Of a stretch of 64,000 nt of DNA, positions 19,661-29,335 are shown piece after piece. Location: NCBI GenBank assembly GCA_030599585.1, contig JAUVNS010000002.1, positions 224,001 to 288,000 on the forward strand. Direction: 5' to 3'. Both the position numbers and the translations under genes were made by a program. The notes under the pieces were generated by a model. That model saw only the letters and a program-made list of their open reading frames with translations, searched no databases and was not told where the DNA came from. The stretch comes from Promethearchaeota archaeon. Its GTDB lineage: Archaea > Asgardarchaeota > Lokiarchaeia > Sigyniarchaeales > SOKP01. The first letter of the stretch is position 1, and each line of letters begins with the position of its first letter.

Positions 19661-20422
19661 ATGCGAGAACTCAATTATGAAAAACTAGTTCTTGATATTC
19701 AGAATTGGATATATAATTATGTAAAGTCTGCAAATGCCGAGAATGTTATTGTAGGCCTTAGTGGCGGGATAGATAGCGCAGTTACTGCTGCTTTATGTAC
19801 AAAAGCGCTGGGGAATAAAAAGGTTTTTGGATTGGGTTTACCTTGTGGTTCTATATCTCAGGATCTAGAAGACGCTAAATTAGTAGCAAAATCCTTAGAA
19901 ATTGACTTTACAGTATTAGATTTAAATCAAATCTACGATAATTTCTTAAATATAATTGAGTTTAACCATAAAAAAAAAAACTTAGCTAACGCTAACCTCA
20001 AACCTAGAATACGTATGACAGCATTATATTTTTATGGTCAAACAAAGGGAAAAAGCTTGATTGCCGGAACAAGTAATCGAGCTGAATTAGCTATTGGATA
20101 TTTCACTAAATATGGGGATGGGGCCGCAGATTTTGAACTGTTGGCCTCTCTCTATAAACAAGAAGTTAGAAAGTTAGCAAAAATTTTGAGCGTTCCTAAA
20201 AGAATAATAACCAAGCCCCCTAGTGCAGGTCTCTGGGCAGGACAAACCGATGAAGGCGAGATAGGATTAACTTACGATATAATAGATGAAATTCTTTATA
20301 GAATTGATTATGATATTGATTTTAATGGTTTAATTGATAAAAATATTCAAAAAGTACGAGATTTAATGAGTTCAGCGAGACATAAGTTAAAGATGCCTCC
20401 AATGTTTAATGTAAGAGATTAG
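19661..20422 (+). CDS. nadE: NH3-dependent NAD+ synthetase
   Basis: GLSGGIDS, NLKPRIRM, GYFTKYGDG, PPSAGLW.GQTDE. Confidence 0.95.
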   Translation: MRELNYEKLVLDIQNWIYNYVKSANAENVIVGLSGGIDSAVTAALCTKALGNKKVFGLGLPCGSISQDLEDAKLVAKSLEIDFTVLDLNQIYDNFLNIIEFNHKKKNLANANLKPRIRMTALYFYGQTKGKSLIAGTSNRAELAIGYFTKYGDGAADFELLASLYKQEVRKLAKILSVPKRIITKPPSAGLWAGQTDEGEIGLTYDIIDEILYRIDYDIDFNGLIDKNIQKVRDLMSSARHKLKMPPMFNVRD

Positions 20423-20428
20423 TTTGTT

Positions 20429-21877
20429 CTATAAACTGGAAATTAACCTTCTAATTTTATTAATGCGGGAAGTGATTTCATTCATTCTAGTTTTTAAATC
20501 GTTATTTTGCTTTTTAAATTCTGATTCTGGTATTGAACCTTTATTAAATCCCTTCTCTAAATCTTTAAAACTTCGTTCTAACGAATATCGTTTTCCTTCG
20601 AGAGCGATCAATTCTTGGTACAGAGTGTCTTTGTCGTCTGAAATATTGTCTAAATTTGGAGAATCAAAATTCGATTCCATACTAACATCTACTTTATTAA
20701 AATCGATAAAAGGCATAACTTCTGGCTCTTGAGCATTTCTACTAATTTTTTTCTTCTTTTCTTCCTTCTTCTTTTCTTCCTTCTTCTTGACTTCTACTTT
20801 AGCGGGTATCTCCGTAAGGCCAGTTATTTCTTTTGGTTTTACTGAATTCTTATTTCCCATAGAAGAAAATACGTTAAATAAGTCAGATCCGCTAGAAACA
20901 ATTGATTCACTTTCAATCTCCTCAATCCTCATGGCAGAAATTTTTGGTTTCTCGTTTAAGAATGGCATTACATCAGAGGTTTGTGAAGTAGGTATTTTTT
21001 CGGGCTCTTCAGTTATTAGCGAAGTAATTTTCCTTTTTTCTGCCGCAAAAGGAATGACTTCGGATTCTTCTATCACCATAGGGGTAATTTTTGGTTTTTT
21101 TTTAGGAATGGGAGTTAAATTTGGTTTATCCGAGTCTATTGGTTTATCAATTGGTGCGAAAGGAATTGGAGTTAATTGTTCTTTCGAGGGCTCTAAATTT
21201 ACATTTTGAGGTTCTAAATCAACAGAATTTTCTTCGGGTTTGTCAGGCATAATTGGAGTTTTGGGAATTGACTGTTTTGAAGTGGGGGTTGGTTTTACTA
21301 GTTTCTTCATAACAGGAATCCTTATTTTAGGAGGAGCAAGTCTAACTTTTTTGTTGGGAGTTATTTTACGAACTTCCCGCTTGGTAGTCACACGACTAAC
21401 TCTATCATCTTTTTTCTCCAACTCTTTTTTGAGGTCATCTATTTTACCCTTTAAGTTTTCTATTTCGCCTTTGAACTGGTCTGAAACCATGCTAAATATG
21501 TCAGTCAAATCGATTTCTGAATCTCCGTTTTCAGGTGCAATTGTAGGTTCAGCAACAGTTTCTTGAGTTTGTTCTGTTTTTAATTTTACTTCGTCTGGAA
21601 TGTTTATTATGCTTTTTATAGCAACGGGTAAGGCTGTTTCTGAAAACCAAAGATCAAGAGTATCCCAATCATCCAATTTTTTAAGAATTTCCTCGATAGG
21701 GCCTTTTTGTTCTGAGGCTGTACTGGTATTTTTTAATTTGGTAAAATAATTAATAAGCTTATCTTTTGCTTCAATTTCATCATCAGGCGTTGGTTGTCCT
21801 TCTGTAAGAAACGAAAAAAGCTCACTAATTTCGCGTAAAGTATCATTAGAATGTTCTTGATCAGTCATAAAAGGCAC
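20429..21877 (-). CDS. Hypothetical protein: helical N-domain, coiled coil, long Pro/Lys/Glu-rich linker, C-terminal helical hairpin
   Basis: 482-aa ORF composition. Confidence 0.7.
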   Translation of the reverse strand: MPFMTDQEHSNDTLREISELFSFLTEGQPTPDDEIEAKDKLINYFTKLKNTSTASEQKGPIEEILKKLDDWDTLDLWFSETALPVAIKSIINIPDEVKLKTEQTQETVAEPTIAPENGDSEIDLTDIFSMVSDQFKGEIENLKGKIDDLKKELEKKDDRVSRVTTKREVRKITPNKKVRLAPPKIRIPVMKKLVKPTPTSKQSIPKTPIMPDKPEENSVDLEPQNVNLEPSKEQLTPIPFAPIDKPIDSDKPNLTPIPKKKPKITPMVIEESEVIPFAAEKRKITSLITEEPEKIPTSQTSDVMPFLNEKPKISAMRIEEIESESIVSSGSDLFNVFSSMGNKNSVKPKEITGLTEIPAKVEVKKKEEKKKEEKKKKISRNAQEPEVMPFIDFNKVDVSMESNFDSPNLDNISDDKDTLYQELIALEGKRYSLERSFKDLEKGFNKGSIPESEFKKQNNDLKTRMNEITSRINKIRRLISSL

Positions 21878-22129
21878 GAGGTTAATTTAATTTTAATTCT
21901 TCGCATTATCTTGGTATTTAAATATAAAAAAATTATACACTAATTTATTTTTATGTATTATATTTGCTATAAAGAATATAAACATAATATTTTCATAGAA
22001 ATACTCTCAATAGCACGGCTTCTATTGGATCTTCAATTTAAACCGCTTTTAATGATTATTGGTGGATACTTTTTACACCAAGAAAAACAATTAAGACCTT
22101 AATTTTTTGTTTCTCCAATTCTTATTTAA

Positions 22130-23377
22130 TTATTTTAACTCATCAAAATACTTGCGTAAATACCATATAAGAAATATAATACCTATAAAACTCAAAATAA
22201 ATGGGAAGATATAATTAATTTCTTCAGTCAAATAGCCCCCAATTATCCCTGTAGGTATAAATCCAAGCCCGATAAGAAAATCTGAAATCCCATAAGATTC
22301 CGCTCTTCTGGTTTCATCCAGATCTGTTAAGATCATTTGTGCAGAAGGAATGAACATTGATGCAGTAAGACCATTCAATATATTAGCAACACTAAGCAAA
22401 GGAATTAAGTAAAATTGAAATCCAAGAGACCAAACAATGAATGCTAATATATAGCAAAAATAACTTGCTAAACCAAATGACTCACTCAGAATTAAAGAGC
22501 GCTTTTTTCCAATTTTATCGGCTAAATGGCCTCCAGGGATTTGAAAAATCATGGTTGTAATGCTTAACCATATCGCTATGAGTGCCAACTCCTCATAGGT
22601 TAATCCATATTGAGTTCTCAAACCAGCATTAATAATTGACGAAGAAATTGAATAGATGAATGCGTCAAGCAGAAAAAAAATTAATACGGCTCTTTTCTTA
22701 GGTGATTTATAGATTTCACGCCACATGCTTTGTCTTTTAGCAGAATTTTCCGCCTTAATTGCAGAATTTTTATTATGCTCAGATTTAGGATTAGCAATAA
22801 CGAAAGTTATGATGAGATAATTACTTGCATCAAAAATCATATAAATAAGGAAATAAACTCGAATATCTTTGATGATGCCAAGAAGCACAAATATTTCTCC
22901 TCCAATATTACCAATGAATATACTAAAAAACATCAAACCAAACAAAATCCCTTTCTTAGCTTTATCACCACTCAGCGAAATAAACATGTTATAACTTATC
23001 CCTCCAAACACTGCACTTAAATGAAAGAAGATCGTTCCTATAACCAGGAACATTATGTTTTCTGCAAAAAATATGAAAATCATTCCAATAAAAAATAAGG
23101 GTGCTTCGAGAAGCCATACTTTTTTACGACTGAATTTATCTGATAATCTTCCTACCCAGGGTTTTGGTAAAAACATTACAATTCCTCCCAAAGTTACAAG
23201 AATACCCGTTATAAAGATTGAACCCGTAATTTCTAACAAAAACGGTTGATATACTAGAAAGAAGGGTCTCGAGGCGAAACCATAGATTAAACCTATAATA
23301 AATAAAGCCCACAGATTTCTTTTTTGAACTTTATTAATTTCCTCCGAATTACCTAATATATTCATTATTCTCTTCAC
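22130..23377 (-). CDS. MFS transporter
   Basis: GRLSDKFSRK and GHLADKIGKK motif-A repeats, 12 TM. Confidence 0.9.
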   Translation of the reverse strand: MKRIMNILGNSEEINKVQKRNLWALFIIGLIYGFASRPFFLVYQPFLLEITGSIFITGILVTLGGIVMFLPKPWVGRLSDKFSRKKVWLLEAPLFFIGMIFIFFAENIMFLVIGTIFFHLSAVFGGISYNMFISLSGDKAKKGILFGLMFFSIFIGNIGGEIFVLLGIIKDIRVYFLIYMIFDASNYLIITFVIANPKSEHNKNSAIKAENSAKRQSMWREIYKSPKKRAVLIFFLLDAFIYSISSSIINAGLRTQYGLTYEELALIAIWLSITTMIFQIPGGHLADKIGKKRSLILSESFGLASYFCYILAFIVWSLGFQFYLIPLLSVANILNGLTASMFIPSAQMILTDLDETRRAESYGISDFLIGLGFIPTGIIGGYLTEEINYIFPFILSFIGIIFLIWYLRKYFDELK

Positions 23378-23769
23378 CTTTTACCTTTTGCTAATTGTGG
23401 AACACTCTGTTAACATCGATTAATACCCCAACATAATCTCTATGAAGATATGAATAATAAATATGAGTCCATAGCGATAGTGTGATAGGGTAAGATGCAT
23501 AGTTAAAAGTAATTTAAATTAAATTACTCGCACATGTTATTTATCGCTATAAACTTTTTCCATTTTAAGTCACTATATAATAAAGGGCTTGGCTACTATT
23601 TAAGCTTTTCGACATATTTGTACTCAGAAAATCATTGGCAAAACGATTATATTAATATGTATTATGAAATGAAAGAAAAATTCGAAAAGAAGTTTTTAAA
23701 TAAAGGAAAGAAGATTAACAAAGATTAGCTCTGCCAGATTGGTGAGCTGAGTGAGCTCCTTGATGGAAA

Positions 23770-24168
23770 TTACACACGTCTTCCGCGATGTCCGCCTTTA
23801 CGCCTACAGTGGTCGTGAGATTTCGGGGTAACTTCTTCTATTCGTCCCACTCTGAGTCCCGAGCGAGCTAATGCCCGTATACAAGCTTGAGCCCCTGGAC
23901 CGGGAGTTTGACTTTTGTTCCCACCAGGCGCTCGGACTTTGATGTGAATACCTCTTACACCTTTATCTTTTAATCCGTTAGCTACACGAAAACCACATTG
24001 CATAGCAGCGTAAGGGTTAGATTCGTCTCGGTCAGCCTTGACGACCATACCACCTGTGCATTTAGCGAACGTTTCAGCACCGCTTAAATCTGTAGCGGTA
24101 ACAATTGTGTTGTTGTAACTGCTAAAGATGTGAACGATTGCCCATTTATCTTCTTGTTGTTTGCTCAT
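23770..24168 (-). CDS. rps11: 30S ribosomal protein uS11
   Basis: [39 protein letters not shown]. Confidence 0.97.
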   Translation of the reverse strand: MSKQQEDKWAIVHIFSSYNNTIVTATDLSGAETFAKCTGGMVVKADRDESNPYAAMQCGFRVANGLKDKGVRGIHIKVRAPGGNKSQTPGPGAQACIRALARSGLRVGRIEEVTPKSHDHCRRKGGHRGRRV

Positions 24169-24180
24169 GATTAATACCTA

Positions 24181-24684
24181 TTAGGTAGATTCCTTAACTG
24201 CGGAGAGTGGACTGCTAGGAGTGTATCCTATCATGTCTTCTTCCTCTTTTTTGACGATGTAAGAAGGAGCGTTAATTTTTTTGCCACGTACTTGAATATG
24301 GCCGTGCACAACGAATTGTCGTGCTTGATAGATAGATTTAGCGTAGCCTTTCTCAAAAACAAGTGTTTGCAGTCTTCTTCTTAGTATGTCTTCGACGGTG
24401 AGTAATAGTATATCTTCGAATCTAGCGTCAGGACCTAAAATTCCGAGTTTAACTAACTTATTGATTAAAGTTTGCTGAACCTCAGCAGCTCTTTCTTGAG
24501 ACATTGTTCTGGACTGTCTCGCAAGGCTCCGCCAATTTCCGAGCGTGGTACGCATTTTCCAAAATTCGCGTTTGTTTCTAAGACCGAATTTTCCAAGAAA
24601 CTCGAGTTCTTCGGCTTGTCTTTCTTTTTCAAAGGGGCGTTTCGGTTTTTTAAATTTTTTCTTTAACCTTCTTGGATCTCCGAT
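24181..24684 (-). CDS. rps4: 30S ribosomal protein uS4 (starts at ATC 24684; ORF track truncates it)
   Basis: Frame reads (ATC)GDPRRLKKKFKKPKRPFEKER...FGLRNKREFWK then RRLQT...QARQFVVHGHI; SD AGGTGA 6 nt before ATC. Confidence 0.92.
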   Translation of the reverse strand: MGDPRRLKKKFKKPKRPFEKERQAEELEFLGKFGLRNKREFWKMRTTLGNWRSLARQSRTMSQERAAEVQQTLINKLVKLGILGPDARFEDILLLTVEDILRRRLQTLVFEKGYAKSIYQARQFVVHGHIQVRGKKINAPSYIVKKEEEDMIGYTPSSPLSAVKEST

Positions 24685-24695
24685 TTCTAATCACC

Positions 24696-25178
24696 TTACT
24701 TTTGACTTTTCAATTTTCTTCTTATAACACCTACGACTAATCCGTGTCGTCCAGTGCTTTTAGTTCTTTGACCTCGAACTTTTAGACCTCGGTGGTGTCG
24801 AACGCCTTTATAACTTCTTATGCGTTTCATTCTATCGATATCCCGTCTAACCGATAATTCGAGTCGATTTCCGATTATGTGTAAGTTCTCCCCGGTAACT
24901 AGGTCTTTTTTACGATTTAGCATCCAAACTGGGATGCCGTTCGTAATTGGATCTAATATTATTTCTTCAATTCTATTTAGGTCCTTTTCGGGAATGGCAC
25001 CAATCCTCAGATTGTCGTCTATTTTTGCGACTCTTACGATCGCTTGAGCGAATCTCCTTCCAATTCCTCTTATTTGAGTTAATCCATGCTCTACTTTTGC
25101 GTTTCCATCAACTTGAGAGCGAAGTTTACGAAAAAACACTTTTTCCCGAAAGTTGCTTGGTCTACTAGTTAAACTCAT
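24696..25178 (-). CDS. rps13: 30S ribosomal protein uS13
   Basis: IRGIGRRFA, WMLNRKKD, SYKGVRH...VRGQRTKSTGR. Confidence 0.97.
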   Translation of the reverse strand: MSLTSRPSNFREKVFFRKLRSQVDGNAKVEHGLTQIRGIGRRFAQAIVRVAKIDDNLRIGAIPEKDLNRIEEIILDPITNGIPVWMLNRKKDLVTGENLHIIGNRLELSVRRDIDRMKRIRSYKGVRHHRGLKVRGQRTKSTGRHGLVVGVIRRKLKSQK

Positions 25179-25292
25179 TTTACCGATATTACGTTTCTTA
25201 TTCTTATAATTCTTAATATGAAATTTAATATTAATTTTTTGGTTTAGAACGAAAGAAGGTTTGTTTGAGAAAAGAGAGCGGAATTTTACTAC

Positions 25293-26786
25293 TTAATATC
25301 GAGGGAATCTTAGATTTTCTTCTTTTTTTTTATCGATATGCTTCTTACATTTATTTTTTTTTATTTTAGCGATTTTTTCAAGGAGGGGCAATCCTGGTTT
25401 AACTTCAGAAAGTTCTTTTGATTCAATTAAATCGTTTTCAATAAGTTTGTTATAGAGTTCCTTTCCAACTTCAGTTCTAATGAGAACGGTATTCCACCCC
25501 GAAGGTGACCCTATAGAACCAATTGAAATATCAGCGGCTTCAGAAGTTAGGTCAAAGCAAACTTCGCAATCTTCTCGAGCTAGATGCCCAATCTCTTTAA
25601 TCGGTATGGTTAATTCGTCATTGGACTTAGTATACACAAAGAACTTCCCTTTGTTTATATCCGTTTTCCTTACATCACTGACATCAACTTTTAGAAGTTC
25701 GAAAATCTTAAGCAGAGATTCGTAAGAGAATGATTCCATACAAAAAATGCCTATGCGATATTTTATTTGATTTAATACGGGAATGTTAATGTTGTAAATA
25801 TCTGATTTGAGTAAAGCTTGCATCATGCAAGGAACCCCAACCACCGCTAAGTTAGCTTTTCTTTTATTAAGTTCACTTAAACTTTTTAAATTGGGGTTGT
25901 TTACATATTTAGTTCCCGTGGTTTGAAGAATGTCTTCTTTATTCTGTAGGATAATTGGTTCAGGTCTCCACGGAGTTTTGCTCATTTTAGCGCCTAATGC
26001 TATATCAATAATTTTAGCATCAAATAAGTAATGCAGACAGGTGCTTGTTATTCCTCCATCTTGGCAAGATTTGGCAATTTCGTCAATTTTGGTTCTTGCT
26101 GAGTAAGCTTCTAAATATTGTCCTACTTTAGGATACGTTTTAATCTGTGAGGTCCCTTCTTGAACCATGCTTAAAACACTTACAGGTAAGTAAGTACGTG
26201 GACAAACATAATAACAGAGGCCACATCTTATGCATTTTTCTTCGTCAATTTTACCGAAACCATTGAAAACATCTAAACAGTTTACCGGGCAAATACCAAC
26301 GCATAAACCGCATCCAGAACAGTTATGTGTTTCAAAAATAGTTTCGACGGGTTCATAAATTGATTTTATTTTTGAAGGATTAACATCGAAGCTTTTTATA
26401 TCAAAATCCTTAAAAGTAGTCGAAGAGGGAGTGTTTTCATCTCCTTCAACTTCGTCATAGATTTCGTTCACTACAATTAGATTCTCATTTTTCAATAACT
26501 CCAACAGACTCAATGTTTTAGTGATTTCTATAGAATTATCGCTCGAAAATTTATTTAATGCCTCAAAATCGTTAGATTTTTGACGAGTTAGAAAATTGTA
26601 AAGCTTAAATTTAATAAGTTCCTCATCAAACATTTTGAATAAAATTGCATGGTATTGTTCCTCGTTATAGACGCCAGAATCTAGTATTTCTTGTTTAGCG
26701 TCAATTAACACGCGGATTCTATACGAATCTACGGTCACGGCTATATCTTTCAAGCCTTCCTTTGTCATTTTAAGCTTAGAACTCAT
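25293..26786 (-). CDS. FrhB/FdhB-family F420-interacting flavoprotein with ferredoxin domain and ~150-aa N-terminal extension
   Basis: Two CxxCxxCxxxCP motifs, QDGG, TGTKY, VGVPC, GIFCMESF, CxxCxD...ADISIGSIGS.SGW. Confidence 0.85.
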   Translation of the reverse strand: MSSKLKMTKEGLKDIAVTVDSYRIRVLIDAKQEILDSGVYNEEQYHAILFKMFDEELIKFKLYNFLTRQKSNDFEALNKFSSDNSIEITKTLSLLELLKNENLIVVNEIYDEVEGDENTPSSTTFKDFDIKSFDVNPSKIKSIYEPVETIFETHNCSGCGLCVGICPVNCLDVFNGFGKIDEEKCIRCGLCYYVCPRTYLPVSVLSMVQEGTSQIKTYPKVGQYLEAYSARTKIDEIAKSCQDGGITSTCLHYLFDAKIIDIALGAKMSKTPWRPEPIILQNKEDILQTTGTKYVNNPNLKSLSELNKRKANLAVVGVPCMMQALLKSDIYNINIPVLNQIKYRIGIFCMESFSYESLLKIFELLKVDVSDVRKTDINKGKFFVYTKSNDELTIPIKEIGHLAREDCEVCFDLTSEAADISIGSIGSPSGWNTVLIRTEVGKELYNKLIENDLIESKELSEVKPGLPLLEKIAKIKKNKCKKHIDKKKEENLRFPRY

Positions 26787-26824
26787 TTTAGTTAAACTTT
26801 AGTTGTTTTAATTAATACTTAATT

Positions 26825-26894
26825 TCCGAATACTCTCGCTGGGAGTCAGTTACCTTCTAACTAGATTTTTTTAGAAGGATCATTCTCATTCGGA
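26825..26894 (-). promoter_or_regulatory. Candidate SECIS-like element (K-turn core) overlapping vhuD stop
   Basis: UCCGAAU/AUUCGGA outer helix; GAG-AAU-GA-U ... U-GA-CUC K-turn pattern; 8-bp CCUUCUAA/UUAGAAGG helix; A-rich apical loop. Confidence 0.55.
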
Positions 26895-27313
26895 TTAATT
26901 TTTTATTTTGGTAGAGGAGGAAGTTTTTCAACTTTACTCGTGATATCTTCTACAGATTTAATGAATTTATCAACTTCCGCTGCCGAGCAAAAATATTGTT
27001 GAATCCTTTCTTCAGCTAGACCTAGATGGCTAAATAATCTTTTTAAAAATTTAACATGGTCATAAGTATTCATGTTTCCATTTCCAAATTCGCATTCACC
27101 CTCTTTTCAATAAATGATAGCGACTCCATCAGCTCCATTTAAGAAACTCTCCATAATTAGATGAATTCCTATTCTTCCCGTACACCTAACTCGTATTAAA
27201 TGGAAATTAGTGGAATAAGATTTTCTCGTAGTACCAGTTAAATCTGCTGCTGAATAACCTCATTTTTCGCATCCAAAACCTATTATTTTTCTTTCATTTG
27301 TAATTTCTGTCAT
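26861..27313 (-). CDS. vhuD: Selenoprotein MvhD/VhuD ([2Fe-2S] hydrogenase subunit D), 150 aa, Sec18 and Sec69
   Basis: MTEITNERKIIGFGCEK-U-GYSAADLTG...IRVRCTGRI...GADGVAIIY-U-KEGECEFGNGN...ERIQQYFCSAAE; TGA at 27260-27262 and 27107-27109 occupy conserved Cys/Sec sites; absent from ORF track. Confidence 0.92.
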
Positions 27314-27334
27314 CAATTATTACACCCTTCTTTT

Positions 27335-29335
27335 TTAGTTTTCAATTATTGTTGATTCTTTTTGATTACTATCTATTTCACTCTTTCCGATTCCTTTGAT
27401 TTCAGCTTCAAATTGACGATCTCGATAATATTTAAGATCAATCGCTCTTGCTGGGCAAGATGATATGCATACTCCGCATCCTTTACATTTTAATTCATCA
27501 ACTTGAGCAATTTCATTATCATCTATGCTGATTGCCTTATATTCGCATACTTTTTCACATCTATGACATCCTAAACATAAAGTCTCATCTACTTCAGCAA
27601 TGATTAATTCTTGTATAATAGTTTTATGAGAAAGTAAAGCAGCAGCTTTGCTAGCAGCAGCTAGGGCTGTAGAAACGGAATATGGAATGTTTTTTGGTCC
27701 GGCTGCGCATCCACAAATATAAATCCCAATGTTTTTTGTTTCTTGTGGTTTCAAACAGCCATGAATTTCAGATAGAAACCCGTTTGGGCCTTTTCCTAAA
27801 CCCAATACTTCAATTGCTTCAATAGTCCCTTTTGAAGGGTTCATCCCAGTAGATAATACAACCATATCAGCTTTAATTTTCGTAAGTTCCCCAGTTAAAG
27901 AGGAATAAGCGCGTACCATTAAATTATGGTCATCATCCTCGGTCAACTCCCCAACTTTTCCCCGTATCATTCTAACATCAGCTTCTCTAATTGTTCTATA
28001 ATATTCCTCGTTGCCCTTATCAGTTGTCCTAATGTCAATATAGTATATTATAACATCCATTTCGGGATACTCTTGTTTTAGCAATTGAGCATTTTTAAGA
28101 GCAACACTGCAGCAAACAAATGAACAATAAGGATTCGCTTTTAGCGATCTAGAACCTACGCATTGTATCATCACAACTGTTTTAGGTGTTTTTCCGTCAG
28201 ATATTCTATAAATGTGTCCCCCTGTTGGACCAATTGGGCTAAGCATACTCTCTAATTCGATCTGAGTAATAATATTTGGATATATGCCATAATTGTATTC
28301 ATTTGTCTCTATAATTGGGTATTCATCGTATCCTGTAGCAACGATAACAGCCCCTACTTTAACTTCAATAATTTCGGGTTCTTGTTCAAATTCTATTGCT
28401 TCTGCAGGACAAATTCGTTCTCAATTTTTACAATCTATGCACACACTTTTATCCATAACAGCATATTTCGGGACTGCTTGAGGAAAAGGGATAAAAATTG
28501 CACCTCTTTCGCCAATTCCGCTATAAAATTCATTAGGGACATTTATAGGGCATTTTGTAGTACACAAGCCGCATCCAGTACACAATTTTTCATTCACATA
28601 CCTTGGATTTTTACGTATCGTAACGTTGTAATCTCCTGTTATACCGCTAAACTTGATAATATCGCTATAGGTGAAAAGTTCGATATTGGGATGTTTTGAA
28701 GCGTTAACCATAATGGGGGCAAGAACTCATATACCACAATCATCTGTAGGGTAGATCCTATCTAATTGGGCCATCTTACCTCCAACAGTTGGTTGTTTTT
28801 CAACTAAGTAGACTTGTATCCCATGGTCTGCTAAATCTAAAGCTGCGTTCATTCCAGCAATTCCCGCACCTATTACTAATGCCGCTCTTTCTACAGATAT
28901 CTCCTTATAAGGGATGCTTTCTAATTCCCGAGCTCTATTTATACCAGCATGAACTAATCGTTTTGCTTTTTCGGTTGCGTTTTTAATATCACCTTGATGA
29001 ACAAACGAGCAGTGCTCCCTAAGATTTACCATTTCAAAGAAGTAAGGGCTTAAACCTGCTTCCCGTAAAACTGCACGGTAAGTAGGCTCGTGAATCTTAG
29101 GAGTGCAGGCTGCTACGACTATTCGATTCAAATCAAGCTCTAGAATGTCATTTTTGATGGTTTGTTGTCCAGGATCGCTACAAGTGAAATTGTTCGTCCT
29201 AGCGATAACCACATTAGGTAACGGTTCAACAAAATCTCTAACTGCATCACAATCAAGGTGAGCTCCAATATTTACACCTCATCTACACACATAAACTCCT
29301 ATTCTTATCTTGTCAATGGTCTGTTTTTCAGACAA
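27335..29335 (-). CDS. hdrA: Selenoprotein heterodisulfide reductase subunit A, 666 aa, Sec19, Sec203 and Sec305
   Basis: One frame from TTG 29335 (SD AGGTGA) to TAA 27335, broken only by TGA at 29279-81 (RIGVYVCR-U-GVNI), 28727-29 (PTDDCGI-U-VLAP) and 28421-23 (CIDCKN-U-ERICP); FAD motif GAGIAG, VMIQCVGSR, YCSFVCC. Confidence 0.93.

Noticed and set aside
23534-23728. 64-aa plus-strand ORF
   Set aside because: Low-complexity AT-rich sequence antisense to the rps11 terminator region, with no recognisable motif
26419-26458. AUGA-CGAAG...CUUCG-AC hairpin inside frhB-like gene as SECIS
   Set aside because: No correctly registered tandem GA/AG core and no lower helix; probably coincidental coding sequence
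27335-29212. hdrA as three separate genes or a pseudogene, as the ORF track implies
   Set aside because: All pieces are in one frame and every break is TGA at a conserved Cys/Sec position
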